From an uncultured Thermococci archaeon (GTDB lineage Archaea > Methanobacteriota_B > Thermococci > Methanofastidiosales > B48-G16), in assembly GCA_964595645.1 (NCBI GenBank), contig CAZQQT010000007.1:72809-136808 (forward strand): 64,000 nt of DNA, in the 5' to 3' direction. This document shows, piece after piece, positions 55,936 through 64,000 of this stretch (position 1 is the stretch's first letter; the number at the start of each line of letters is the position of its first letter). The notes beneath the pieces were generated by a model. The model was not told the origin of the DNA. It searched no databases and was given only the letters and a program-made list of their open reading frames with translations. The position numbers were made by a program, and so were the translations under genes.

Positions 55936-57672
55936 TCACTCCACCGTCACGCTCTTCGCCAGGTTTCGCGGCTTGTCGATGGGGAGCCCCTTCTCCTTAG
56001 CAATGTAGTAGGCGAGCAGCTGGCCTATCGTCGTAGCGGTGATGGCAACCTTCTCATCCTTGGACGTGGTGAGGAGGAAGTCGGGCGAGAGCGAGTCATC
56101 ATTGGAAATGGTAATGACCCTTGCACCCCGCGCCTCCACCTCCTTCGTGTTGGAGATCATCTCGCCATCCCCCCGAGGAATCAACGAGATGACCGGTGTG
56201 CCGTCCTCTATCAACGCAAGGGTCCCGTGCTTTAACTCGCCGCCCATCATTCCCTCGCCATGAAGGTATGGAATTTCCTTCAGTTTCAAGGCGATTTCTC
56301 TGGCAATCGGGTAGGTAAGCCCTCTGCCCAGCACGTAGATATCACGTTTCGAGGAGAGTTCCTTCGCGAGTGTCTGTATCTTCTCTTCGTTGAGATCGAT
56401 GGTCTCCCGGATTCGTTGTGAGAGTGTGGTGAGATTGACACTGAGATCATTGAGTGCAGCCAGATAGAGGAGGAGAGAGATCTGGTTGATGAATGTCTTC
56501 GTGGCGGCAACACAGATCTCCTGTCCCGCCAGTATCTCCATAGAAAGATCGGCGATCCGCTGGATACTGGAGTGAGGAACGTTCACGATGGAAGCAATGG
56601 TTGCTCCCTTCTTTTTTGCAAACTTCAATGCTTTGAGTACGTCCATCGTTTCGCCCGATTGTGAAATAGCGATTACGAGAGTCTCGTCATCCACATGAAT
56701 AAAATGTCTGAACTCTGAAGCGATAATGGCCTGTGATTCGATATTCACCTTGTTCAAAAAGTAGACGCCGAGGAGACTGGCAAAGTAGCTTGTGCCTGAT
56801 GCCACAAAACAGACCCTTTTCGCCGAGTGGATCATCTCATTGAAATCGAGGATTTTTTGGTGCTGTTCGTTGTTCAGAGAGTGGATAATCCGCTCCACAG
56901 CCTGTGGTTCCTCCTTAATCTCCTTGATCATGTAGTGATCGTACTCCTCCTTTTTTTCCTCGGAGAATCCCCATTCGAACTCCTGAACCTCCTTCTCTAT
57001 CGGATTCGCATCCTTATCATAGAATGTGTAATCGTCTCCTATCACCGCGAACTCATCATCCTCGAAGAACACCGCTCTCGTTGTTGTATCCGAAAACCCG
57101 TAGATATCGGAGGAGAGGTAGAGTGTACTGTCACCAACACCGAGTACCAACGGAGAATCCCGTTTGAAGGCGTAGATCTTGTTCTCTCCCTTTCGCATCA
57201 ACAAAACGGCAAATGTTCCCTCGGCTTCCTCGATGAACTCTGCAATGGCCCGCGTCACTCCCATACCATTTTTTTCTCTCTCCTCGATGTAGTGGGCGAT
57301 GACCTCTGAGTCGGTGTCCGAGCGAAATGTATGCCCCTTTTCACGGAGTTTTTCTTTGATAGGAAGGTAGTTTTCGATGATACCGTTATGCACAATCATA
57401 AACTCGCCGGTACAGTCGGTGTGAGGGTGTGCGTTCTCCTTGCTCACTCCACCATGGGTTGCCCACCGGGTGTGTGCAATCCCCGTGGTGAACATATGCT
57501 CCTCGATTCTCTCTAAAAAATCTGATATTTCTCCTGTGTCTTTTTCTATCGTCCCGTCATTTGAGGCATACCCCACAGAGTCATATCCTCGGTACTCCAG
57601 CCGCCTCAATGCCTGCAACATCTCTTTCGATGAAATATAACCCTGAGATACAATACCAATTATACCGCACAT
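55936..57672 (-). CDS. glmS: Glutamine--fructose-6-phosphate aminotransferase (isomerising)
   Basis: N-terminal nucleophile (MCGIIGIV), GATase type 2 domain, two SIS domains. 578 aa. Confidence 0.9.
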   Translation of the reverse strand: MCGIIGIVSQGYISSKEMLQALRRLEYRGYDSVGYASNDGTIEKDTGEISDFLERIEEHMFTTGIAHTRWATHGGVSKENAHPHTDCTGEFMIVHNGIIENYLPIKEKLREKGHTFRSDTDSEVIAHYIEEREKNGMGVTRAIAEFIEEAEGTFAVLLMRKGENKIYAFKRDSPLVLGVGDSTLYLSSDIYGFSDTTTRAVFFEDDEFAVIGDDYTFYDKDANPIEKEVQEFEWGFSEEKKEEYDHYMIKEIKEEPQAVERIIHSLNNEQHQKILDFNEMIHSAKRVCFVASGTSYFASLLGVYFLNKVNIESQAIIASEFRHFIHVDDETLVIAISQSGETMDVLKALKFAKKKGATIASIVNVPHSSIQRIADLSMEILAGQEICVAATKTFINQISLLLYLAALNDLSVNLTTLSQRIRETIDLNEEKIQTLAKELSSKRDIYVLGRGLTYPIAREIALKLKEIPYLHGEGMMGGELKHGTLALIEDGTPVISLIPRGDGEMISNTKEVEARGARVITISNDDSLSPDFLLTTSKDEKVAITATTIGQLLAYYIAKEKGLPIDKPRNLAKSVTVE

Positions 57673-57798
57673 ACGATATCAATAAAATACAGACTATATA
57701 AAATTTTCTTTCGAAATCATTTCTTTCTTTTTATTTTTACAGCAGAAAAATAAATTTTTGGAAAAATAAAGATATATATTGTTTCAAAAAGCTTTTTT

Positions 57799-58692
57799 CT
57801 AATAAAAAAAAGATAAGATAATCGCCAATACACCGAAAAGAGCCGAAATGGTCCATAAGAGTACCAAAAGTTTCTTTTCGTTAAGTTGAAAGGTAGACGT
57901 GAGAATATTCGCTACAGAAAGATACTCTGGAGGAACGAGGATTCCGTTCTCTATTTGTGTAGGCCCATATGATTTTCCAGAGAATCCAACTCGAATTTTC
58001 AGGAAAAATTCGATTATCTGAGGAACGATACATACTGCCGCAATAAACTCCATGTTGTACAGAATTCCTACTCCTGCAATAACCGTTCCTATCGAGAGTG
58101 TCCCCACATCACCGGGAAACACCCACGAGGGGTAGATATTGAACACGAGGAAGGCGCCCAATGCAGTGATAAAGGGGAGGAGGATCGCGGGATCCTTTCC
58201 TGTGATCACCATTGACACCGCCAGTGCAGTGCTGGCAATAATGCCACTTCCTACAGCCTCTCCGTTAAATCCTGCGAGGATGTTCGTAGCATTCGCCGCT
58301 GCAGTGATCCCAATAGGCACCAGCAGATAGTAGAGATACGAGAAGTCGATTGTGAAAAACACGAAGTTAATTGTTTCACTCTGTATAGAAAACACAAGTG
58401 GAATTCCGGCGAAAAGACACAAAAAAACCTTTTTTAATTGTGAAATGCCTTTAAAGTCGTCTATCAGCCCTATTAGTACAACGAGTCCGAGAGTAATGGA
58501 AAAGTAATACTTTCCCATATAGAGTAAAAACACAAAGTAGGGAGCAACGAAGGCAATACCACAGGATTCCGGCAAGTATCGCTCATAGGGCTTATGGAGA
58601 TCCCGTCCCACGTTTCCTATAGATTCCATATACTGGGAGACGAGATAGGTAAGTACAAGCGTTGCCACGAGTACGATCAACGGCGCTACCAT
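57799..58692 (-). CDS. Glycosyltransferase family 4 polyprenyl-phosphate sugar-1-phosphate transferase (AglH/WecA/MraY-like)
   Basis: Polytopic 297 aa with conserved blocks (LIGLIDDFKG, NATNILAGFNGEAVG). Confidence 0.65.
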   Translation of the reverse strand: MVAPLIVLVATLVLTYLVSQYMESIGNVGRDLHKPYERYLPESCGIAFVAPYFVFLLYMGKYYFSITLGLVVLIGLIDDFKGISQLKKVFLCLFAGIPLVFSIQSETINFVFFTIDFSYLYYLLVPIGITAAANATNILAGFNGEAVGSGIIASTALAVSMVITGKDPAILLPFITALGAFLVFNIYPSWVFPGDVGTLSIGTVIAGVGILYNMEFIAAVCIVPQIIEFFLKIRVGFSGKSYGPTQIENGILVPPEYLSVANILTSTFQLNEKKLLVLLWTISALFGVLAIILSFFY

Positions 58693-58831
58693 AGTAGTTG
58701 TAGGAAGGAATCCTTAAAAAATTTGTTGAGTTTTTGATTGACCTCTATCCTTTACTTTCGCCTTGTCTCCATAATGATATACAAACAAAGATGAAACAAA
58801 AAGGTATTTCATGCTTTGGAATTCACGTACA

Positions 58832-59407
58832 TTAATATTTACTTCTGTTTCCAAAAAATAGCCCCTTCAGCATGCTCTTTCCATCATCAAGCACTATTTT
58901 TCTTGTAAAATCTCTCGTTTCTTCCAGAGAAAGCTTCTTTACATCCTCCAATATGCCTTCACGCCATTTTATCGTGCTCTCATTTACTTTTATTGTATAA
59001 ATACTCTTTTCTAGATCGTCAGCATATTCCATTACCTTCCACACACTCACAGTGTATTTTTCTTCAAGAGCAAGTCCCACCACGATATCCATGTCCTCTA
59101 TGTCTTCTTTCCAGCTTCTTATTTCCTCTTTGGATAGATTGGAGGGGCCCATGATATCCAAATCCCCCTCAAGTTTCGAGTTCATCAGATTTTCACAGCG
59201 TCTCTCCGTACGTGAATGGTATGTTATCGAAGGGTGGATAAAGTATACTTTTTTCTCAGGCATACATACACTAACGGTCGAAGAAATAAAAATGTACTGG
59301 TTACGCTGTCCCAAAAAATTTATATACTTTCTAAAACAATAATGCTTTATGAAAAGAAAAGCTGTGACATTTTTCCTCATTGCCCTTTTCGCGGCCTCAT
59401 TCAGCAC
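58832..59407 (-). CDS. Hypothetical protein. The true start is possibly an internal Met.
   Basis: ORF only. No motif. Overlaps the 5' end of the divergent/overlapping + gene at 59349. Confidence 0.3.
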   Translation of the reverse strand: MLNEAAKRAMRKNVTAFLFIKHYCFRKYINFLGQRNQYIFISSTVSVCMPEKKVYFIHPSITYHSRTERRCENLMNSKLEGDLDIMGPSNLSKEEIRSWKEDIEDMDIVVGLALEEKYTVSVWKVMEYADDLEKSIYTIKVNESTIKWREGILEDVKKLSLEETRDFTRKIVLDDGKSMLKGLFFGNRSKY

Positions 59408-60638
59408 ATATAGAGCTCAAGAAAATCTCCCACTGGAACCTACAATCACGATAAGGGCGATACCTGAGATTGTTTCCCCAGGACAGGAGGTCACAATCAG
59501 GGTGACCGTACTCAACGATATCGGCACGTACATGTGGAATACAGAGGTATATATTGATAAGTTGATGATTCCGGAGGAGCTCCAGGACCACGTAGAAATC
59601 ATCGTGGGGAACAAAGGGGATCTGAAACTGCCGTCCCCTATGTCTACAGGAGATAAAGAGACCGTGGAACTGAAAATCAGGATAACTGAACAGATCCCTG
59701 CGGATGAACTTGATGTCCCCATCATTGTCAGTACCGAGGAGGGAATATGTGAAGGTCATGGATGTATTCCCTTCCGTACAGACCCTCCGAAGTACGCGCA
59801 TATAGAGATACTCAGGACGAAGCCTTCTGTACTACTCACCTTGGATATCAAATCCTTTTTACTCCAGGCGGAGGACTGTGGTATTATCACCACGACATTA
59901 GATGTCCCTTTTAGAATAAAGAACGTCGGTAACACCTCTGTCTACAATATTTCGTTTTATCTCGCCTCGGAGAAGCTCTACTTTGATTACGATGTAGAAA
60001 CACCTAAAAACCTCAATGAACTGAGAGAAAACGAAGAGGTCTCCGGAACATTCAAGCTGTATCTCAATGAAGTGGGAGTCAATGTGTATACTATCGTAAT
60101 CAGGGCGACGTACTACGATCGGTACAATAAAAAATTTACTATCGAGGATCAAATTACGATAGAGGTACGAAATGAAGCGTATTCCTTCTACGCGAAAGCG
60201 GAGGAGTACTACAACAACTGTAACTACACGAAAGCGGAGGAGTACTATACAAACGCAAAAAATAAATATGAAGAAGCTGGTAATACCAATATGGCACTCA
60301 AGATCGAGAGGAAGATCTACGCAATTCGAGGTAACGAGAGTTTTGAGAGTGCACAGCAATATTACTTCTCGGGTGAAGTAACGAGAGCAAAGGAACAGTA
60401 CCAACAAGCAAAAGATTACTATGACAGAGCAAAATACTGTATCATGGCAGACATCTGTCAGACCGCACTGAACAGTATAGAAGAAGGAAAAACACCGCCA
60501 CCGACATCTCCATCCAATGGAGAAACAAAGAAACCTTCTATTGGAGGGGACATAGGACGCCTCATATCAACGACGAATCTCATTTTTTACGCAATCATCG
60601 TATTCCTCACTTTAATAATAATTTATCAGAGGAGGTAA
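59349..60638 (+). CDS. Secreted, C-terminally membrane-anchored surface protein with helical (A/K)EEYY repeats
   Basis: Signal peptide (MKRKAVTFFLIALFAASFSTYRAQE). Internal repeats (YYNNCNYTKAEEYYTNAKNKYEEAG; AQQYYFSGEVTRAKEQYQQAKDYYDRAK). C-terminal TM plus basic tail (LIFYAIIVFLTLIIIYQRR). Confidence 0.5.
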   Translation: MKRKAVTFFLIALFAASFSTYRAQENLPLEPTITIRAIPEIVSPGQEVTIRVTVLNDIGTYMWNTEVYIDKLMIPEELQDHVEIIVGNKGDLKLPSPMSTGDKETVELKIRITEQIPADELDVPIIVSTEEGICEGHGCIPFRTDPPKYAHIEILRTKPSVLLTLDIKSFLLQAEDCGIITTTLDVPFRIKNVGNTSVYNISFYLASEKLYFDYDVETPKNLNELRENEEVSGTFKLYLNEVGVNVYTIVIRATYYDRYNKKFTIEDQITIEVRNEAYSFYAKAEEYYNNCNYTKAEEYYTNAKNKYEEAGNTNMALKIERKIYAIRGNESFESAQQYYFSGEVTRAKEQYQQAKDYYDRAKYCIMADICQTALNSIEEGKTPPPTSPSNGETKKPSIGGDIGRLISTTNLIFYAIIVFLTLIIIYQRR

Positions 60639-60642
60639 TGTT

Positions 60643-61047
60643 ATGCCACGATTAAAAGATATTTTTGGCGATAGAAAGCTAAAAAAGGTTAAAAAAGAAA
60701 AAGAAAGAGATAAAGAGAGAGATGAGGATCTAGAGGACATTGAAGGGATAGAGTACGAAGAGGACATTCTCACAGGCGAGGGTTTTATGGAGTTTGGACT
60801 TACCTACGTGAAACCCATGACCGTGAGAGGTGAATCCGATATCCAAAGAATCACGAAGGAACTCAACGATGGAAATATCGTCCTCGGAAACGTGGAAAAA
60901 TTAGGTGAAAGAGACCCCAACGAGCTTCGAAGACTCGTAGAACAGCTTAAAGGTATCTGTAAAGGTATTGGGGGAGATATTGTTGGTGTAGGAGACTCAC
61001 GGATCCTCGTCACCCCCTCGAATATCAAGGTGTACCGGGAAGAATGA
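60643..61047 (+). CDS. sepF: Archaeal SepF-like cell-division protein (DUF552)
   Basis: Charged N-terminal linker then a SepF core (..ITKELNDGNIVLGNVEKLGERDPNELRRLVEQLKGICKGIGGDIVGVGDSRILVTPSNIKV). Confidence 0.55.
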   Translation: MPRLKDIFGDRKLKKVKKEKERDKERDEDLEDIEGIEYEEDILTGEGFMEFGLTYVKPMTVRGESDIQRITKELNDGNIVLGNVEKLGERDPNELRRLVEQLKGICKGIGGDIVGVGDSRILVTPSNIKVYREE

Positions 61048-61054
61048 CCCAGTA

Positions 61055-61456
61055 TCAATATATAGAAATACTTACTGTCATCCGTTCCCCGCCCTTCAAC
61101 GCCTGAACGAGTGGACGCTCTAGCTCTGCGGCAGCCTTATCGGCGTGTACCATCAGCGTCCTATCACATATGTAAGAACTTTTCCTGATCACGATATCCT
61201 TTCCGTCACGAAAGGTCAGCCGCGGATCAAGGTATCCTTTCACTCGTTCAGTCAGATCCCCAACGACAAATGTAACCACGATCTCCTGCTTCTTATTCTC
61301 CTCAAGAAAATTCTTGAGATCTCGTAGTCCTTTTGTCGCGCTCACGCCGATGATACAGTCTCCTCTCTTCGTAAGATGCGTATCCTTCGTTACTTCAATT
61401 GTGGTCTCGTGAGTAGCCGTGATATTCGGGTGGCCGTACGCGTGAAAGGAGATCAT
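61055..61456 (-). CDS. DUF371-family archaeal protein
   Basis: 133 aa (MISFHAYGHPNITATHETTIEVTKD..GDCIIGVSA..) typical of the DUF371 family. Confidence 0.45.
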   Translation of the reverse strand: MISFHAYGHPNITATHETTIEVTKDTHLTKRGDCIIGVSATKGLRDLKNFLEENKKQEIVVTFVVGDLTERVKGYLDPRLTFRDGKDIVIRKSSYICDRTLMVHADKAAAELERPLVQALKGGERMTVSISIY

Positions 61457-62709
61457 AGTATCTTCTGTCTGAGCCTCTGCAAAGAGAGCTTGGCGGTCAG
61501 TACCCGTTCGGTACTGAATATCTTCACGATGATCCAGATAAGCACTATCGAGAGGATCAGCACATATCCAATGCCGCCCAGGACGAGGCTGTAGTTATCG
61601 AACATGAGCGACCGCATGGCCATCATGGGGTGGGAGAAGGGTATCGCAAACACCACAATCTTCAGTGCCATAGGAAGTGTGCTGAAATCCTTCATCATTG
61701 TCACGAACATAGGCACGAGTGCGAGAGCAACGACAGGGAGATTGAGCATTTGCGCGCTCTTGTAGTTCTCTGCGAAGGTACCGAGGATCATGCAGAGTGA
61801 GAGTGCTGCCAAGAGTGTAATGAACACAGAGAGACCAACCAAAAGGTAATCTTTCATTCCCAGCGTTAACCCGTACTGTGCCATGTCTATCTGAGAGGAC
61901 ATCCCCAGGGAGGTCATATAGTAGCCGAGTCCTGCCATATATACTACTGCCATTAGAAGTCCCACAGCGGCGCTTCCCACAATCTTTCCGAGCACGATGT
62001 AACTCCGTTTCACAGGAAGTGTGAGCAGTGTTTCCAGGGTTTTGTTCTCCTTCTCCATCCCCATTGATGAGATGACCGTCCCACCAGCCATGATAATGAT
62101 CATCATCATAATGATGGGTACAATTGACGATTGCGAGGACAGCATACCGCTTATCGTGCTGGGAGAGATTCCCTTCATTGTTTTATCTTTGAAGATGGTG
62201 GTCTCCTTCCGCACTGTCGGGTTGAGCACGATCTCCGAGGTCTCCTTATTTTCTATCAGTTTTTCAGAAATCCCCTGGCTCACCGAATGAACGAGCCCAT
62301 TCACTACCTCCGAGGAGATAGTATCTAACACGCCGGCACCGCTCATCACCCAGTAGATCTCTATCTCTCCTTGTTCGTTTTTGTGAATGTTCTCGCTAAA
62401 GCCTGATGGCAGTATGAGGAGTGCTGTACCGCCCTCTTCCTTTATTGTCTCTATGCCCTCCTCCACACTCGTTCCTGTATACACCACTTTCGCATTGTTA
62501 TTGAGAATATCAATGACAATTTCGGAAAAATCTCCGCTATCCTCATCAATCACACCAATCGTCGGTTTCTCTCCTAATTCTTCCTCAATGCCACCCATCA
62601 TGTTTCCCATTGATCCGAATATCACCGCCATGATCACGATGGGAAGAATCGTGGAGGGTGTGAGCATCTCCCGTATCTCCTTCACAATGATCGTGGTGAG
62701 CCCACTCAT
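61453..62709 (-). CDS. ABC-2 family permease with a large extracytoplasmic loop
   Basis: 418 aa. N-terminal TM, ~180-aa soluble loop, then 5 TM. Overlaps the ATPase gene stop. Confidence 0.65.
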   Translation of the reverse strand: MSGLTTIIVKEIREMLTPSTILPIVIMAVIFGSMGNMMGGIEEELGEKPTIGVIDEDSGDFSEIVIDILNNNAKVVYTGTSVEEGIETIKEEGGTALLILPSGFSENIHKNEQGEIEIYWVMSGAGVLDTISSEVVNGLVHSVSQGISEKLIENKETSEIVLNPTVRKETTIFKDKTMKGISPSTISGMLSSQSSIVPIIMMMIIIMAGGTVISSMGMEKENKTLETLLTLPVKRSYIVLGKIVGSAAVGLLMAVVYMAGLGYYMTSLGMSSQIDMAQYGLTLGMKDYLLVGLSVFITLLAALSLCMILGTFAENYKSAQMLNLPVVALALVPMFVTMMKDFSTLPMALKIVVFAIPFSHPMMAMRSLMFDNYSLVLGGIGYVLILSIVLIWIIVKIFSTERVLTAKLSLQRLRQKIL

Positions 62710-63455
62710 TGTACCACCGCCGTGAATACTTCTTCTATGTTACTAGCCGTATATTTATTCTTTAACTCAGAAGGACTGCCCTTCTCAACAATCCGTCCTT
62801 CATTGATCAGTGCGACTGTATCGCACAGAAACTCTACCTCCAACATGTTGTGGGATGAAACGAGGGCTGTAGTCCCTTCTCTCACAGAACGTTTGATAAT
62901 TCTCCGTACCTCCTGGGCATTTATCACATCCAACCCGGAGGTCGGTTCATCGAGTATGGCGAGTTTGGGATCGATCATTAAGGCCCTCCCTACCAGGAGA
63001 CGGCGCATCATTCCCTTACTATACGTATCAACTTTATCGTCAATTCTTTCCTCAAGATCCGCAATAGCAACTCCCTTTCTCACGATTTCGTTGACTTCTC
63101 TCCCCTTGCCAAAAAATTTCGCAATAAATGTGAGATAGCCTCTACCTGTAAGATTTTTGTACGCGCCCGCATCCTCAGGGAGGTAGCTGATGAGTTTTCT
63201 CACCTCCGATGCCTCTTTCTCCACATCGTGATCAAACACTTTTACTGTTCCGGATGTTGCATCCAGTAATGTCGAGATGATTCGCAGTGTCGTCGTTTTG
63301 CCGGCACCATTTGGCCCGATAAGCCCGAATATCTCTCCTTCAGGTATTGAGAAGGACGCTCCATCCACTGCGATAACATTCGCAAAGGTTTTTACTAGAT
63401 CGATAATCTCTACTGCATTGTTCATGTGATCGCTCTCTATATTACACATGGTCAT
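62706..63455 (-). CDS. ABC transporter ATP-binding protein
   Basis: Walker A (GLIGPNGAGKTTT), signature (YSKGMMRRL), Walker B (LAILDEPTSGLD), H-loop (SSHNM). Confidence 0.85.
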   Translation of the reverse strand: MTMCNIESDHMNNAVEIIDLVKTFANVIAVDGASFSIPEGEIFGLIGPNGAGKTTTLRIISTLLDATSGTVKVFDHDVEKEASEVRKLISYLPEDAGAYKNLTGRGYLTFIAKFFGKGREVNEIVRKGVAIADLEERIDDKVDTYSKGMMRRLLVGRALMIDPKLAILDEPTSGLDVINAQEVRRIIKRSVREGTTALVSSHNMLEVEFLCDTVALINEGRIVEKGSPSELKNKYTASNIEEVFTAVVQ

Positions 63456-63708
63456 CTCTTCACTTTAAAAAAGTTGCGATACGTTAAATTATCTGAAAAC
63501 AGAGCAAACGTTGATTGCACATATGATGTTCCATATCGTATGGTATCCTCTTGATGTGCGATTTTCGGATACGTAAAAAACATTTTACTAAAATTTTCTT
63601 CACATATACGTATTTAAATCGCTCAATGGCTAGTATCTATAGGTGATTAAATGGAAAAAAACGGTAATGAAACTTTGAAGAGGAGGTGTTTAAAGCACTG
63701 GACCATCA

Positions 63709-64000
63709 GATGAGGAGGGATATTCTGCGATATATTGGTGAAGAGAAACAGAGCACTTTCACAGCAATAATGAATACATTAAAAGTGGACAGTCCTACAC
63801 TCTCTTATCATCTGAGAACACTCTCACCATTCATCGAACAGAAGGATAGCAAATATTCACTCACACCCCTTGGAAAAGACGCATACGGTCTTTTATCGAA
63901 AACCTCCTCCACTGTCACGTCTACTATACTCATCGCCTCGTTAAAAAAAGAAATTTCTTGCGTGATGATAACAAATGCAATTTTGTGGGAATGTGCGTTA
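63709..64000 (+). CDS. ArsR-like winged-helix regulator, partial. It runs off the right edge, and the start may be an upstream GTG at 63691.
   Basis: ..RRDILRYIGEEKQSTFTAIMNTLKVDSPTLSYHLRTL.. matches the ArsR recognition-helix pattern. It is divergent from the ABC pair, so it may regulate it. Confidence 0.45.

Noticed and set aside
58832-59407. Whether the 191-aa minus ORF and the + surface-protein gene truly overlap by ~60 nt
   Set aside because: More likely the minus gene starts at an internal Met or ends differently. Cannot be resolved from sequence alone.
1-64000. Search for tRNA/rRNA genes, CRISPR arrays, transposases/integrases
   Set aside because: No cloverleaf-compatible GC-rich ~75-nt segments in any intergenic gap. 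No regularly spaced direct repeats. No DDE/tyrosine recombinase motifs. The intragenic repeats in hsdS and the propeller gene are coding repeats, not CRISPR.

Overview
The window looks archaeal (euryarchaeal-type): FEN-1, class II CPD photolyase, tungsten aldehyde:ferredoxin oxidoreductase, AglH-type GT4 phosphotransferase, SepF and DUF371 are all present. Coding density is high, with many 4-nt start/stop overlaps.

The second half is mostly housekeeping. It holds a complete histidine operon on the minus strand (hisG-C-B-H-F-[hisA/I/E tri-fusion]-hisD), an AOR/aminotransferase/homoserine dehydrogenase cluster, glmS, glnA, ubiA, NDH-2, msrA and ABC transporters.

The first ~18 kb is an AT-rich defence island:
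- an Lrp regulator and a J-domain membrane protein;
- a McrBC-like pair: a 993-aa McrB-type GTPase whose ~650-aa N-terminal extension carries PUA/EVE-like modules, plus a McrC-like PD-(D/E)xK nuclease split by a frameshift;
- two unknown genes;
- a seven-gene translationally coupled type I R-M operon. A PIN-GNAT-PUA fusion protein and a separate ASCH-domain protein are inserted between hsdM and hsdS, and a DUF45 zinc metallopeptidase follows hsdR. A RadC/JAB gene follows.

After the island come a GC-rich ArsR + ABC-2 exporter module, a heterodimeric ABC exporter pair, a decayed HEPN/MNT cluster and a UPF0175/DUF3368 pair. A heavily degraded ATP-dependent DNA ligase relic lies immediately beside an intact fen gene.

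Every recognisable toxin or nuclease effector is interrupted: HEPN, two RelE-like genes, the DUF3368 PIN and McrC. Several breaks sit at homopolymer tracts, so sequencing error and genuine decay or phase variation cannot be separated from the sequence alone.

No tRNA, rRNA, CRISPR array or transposase was recognised.
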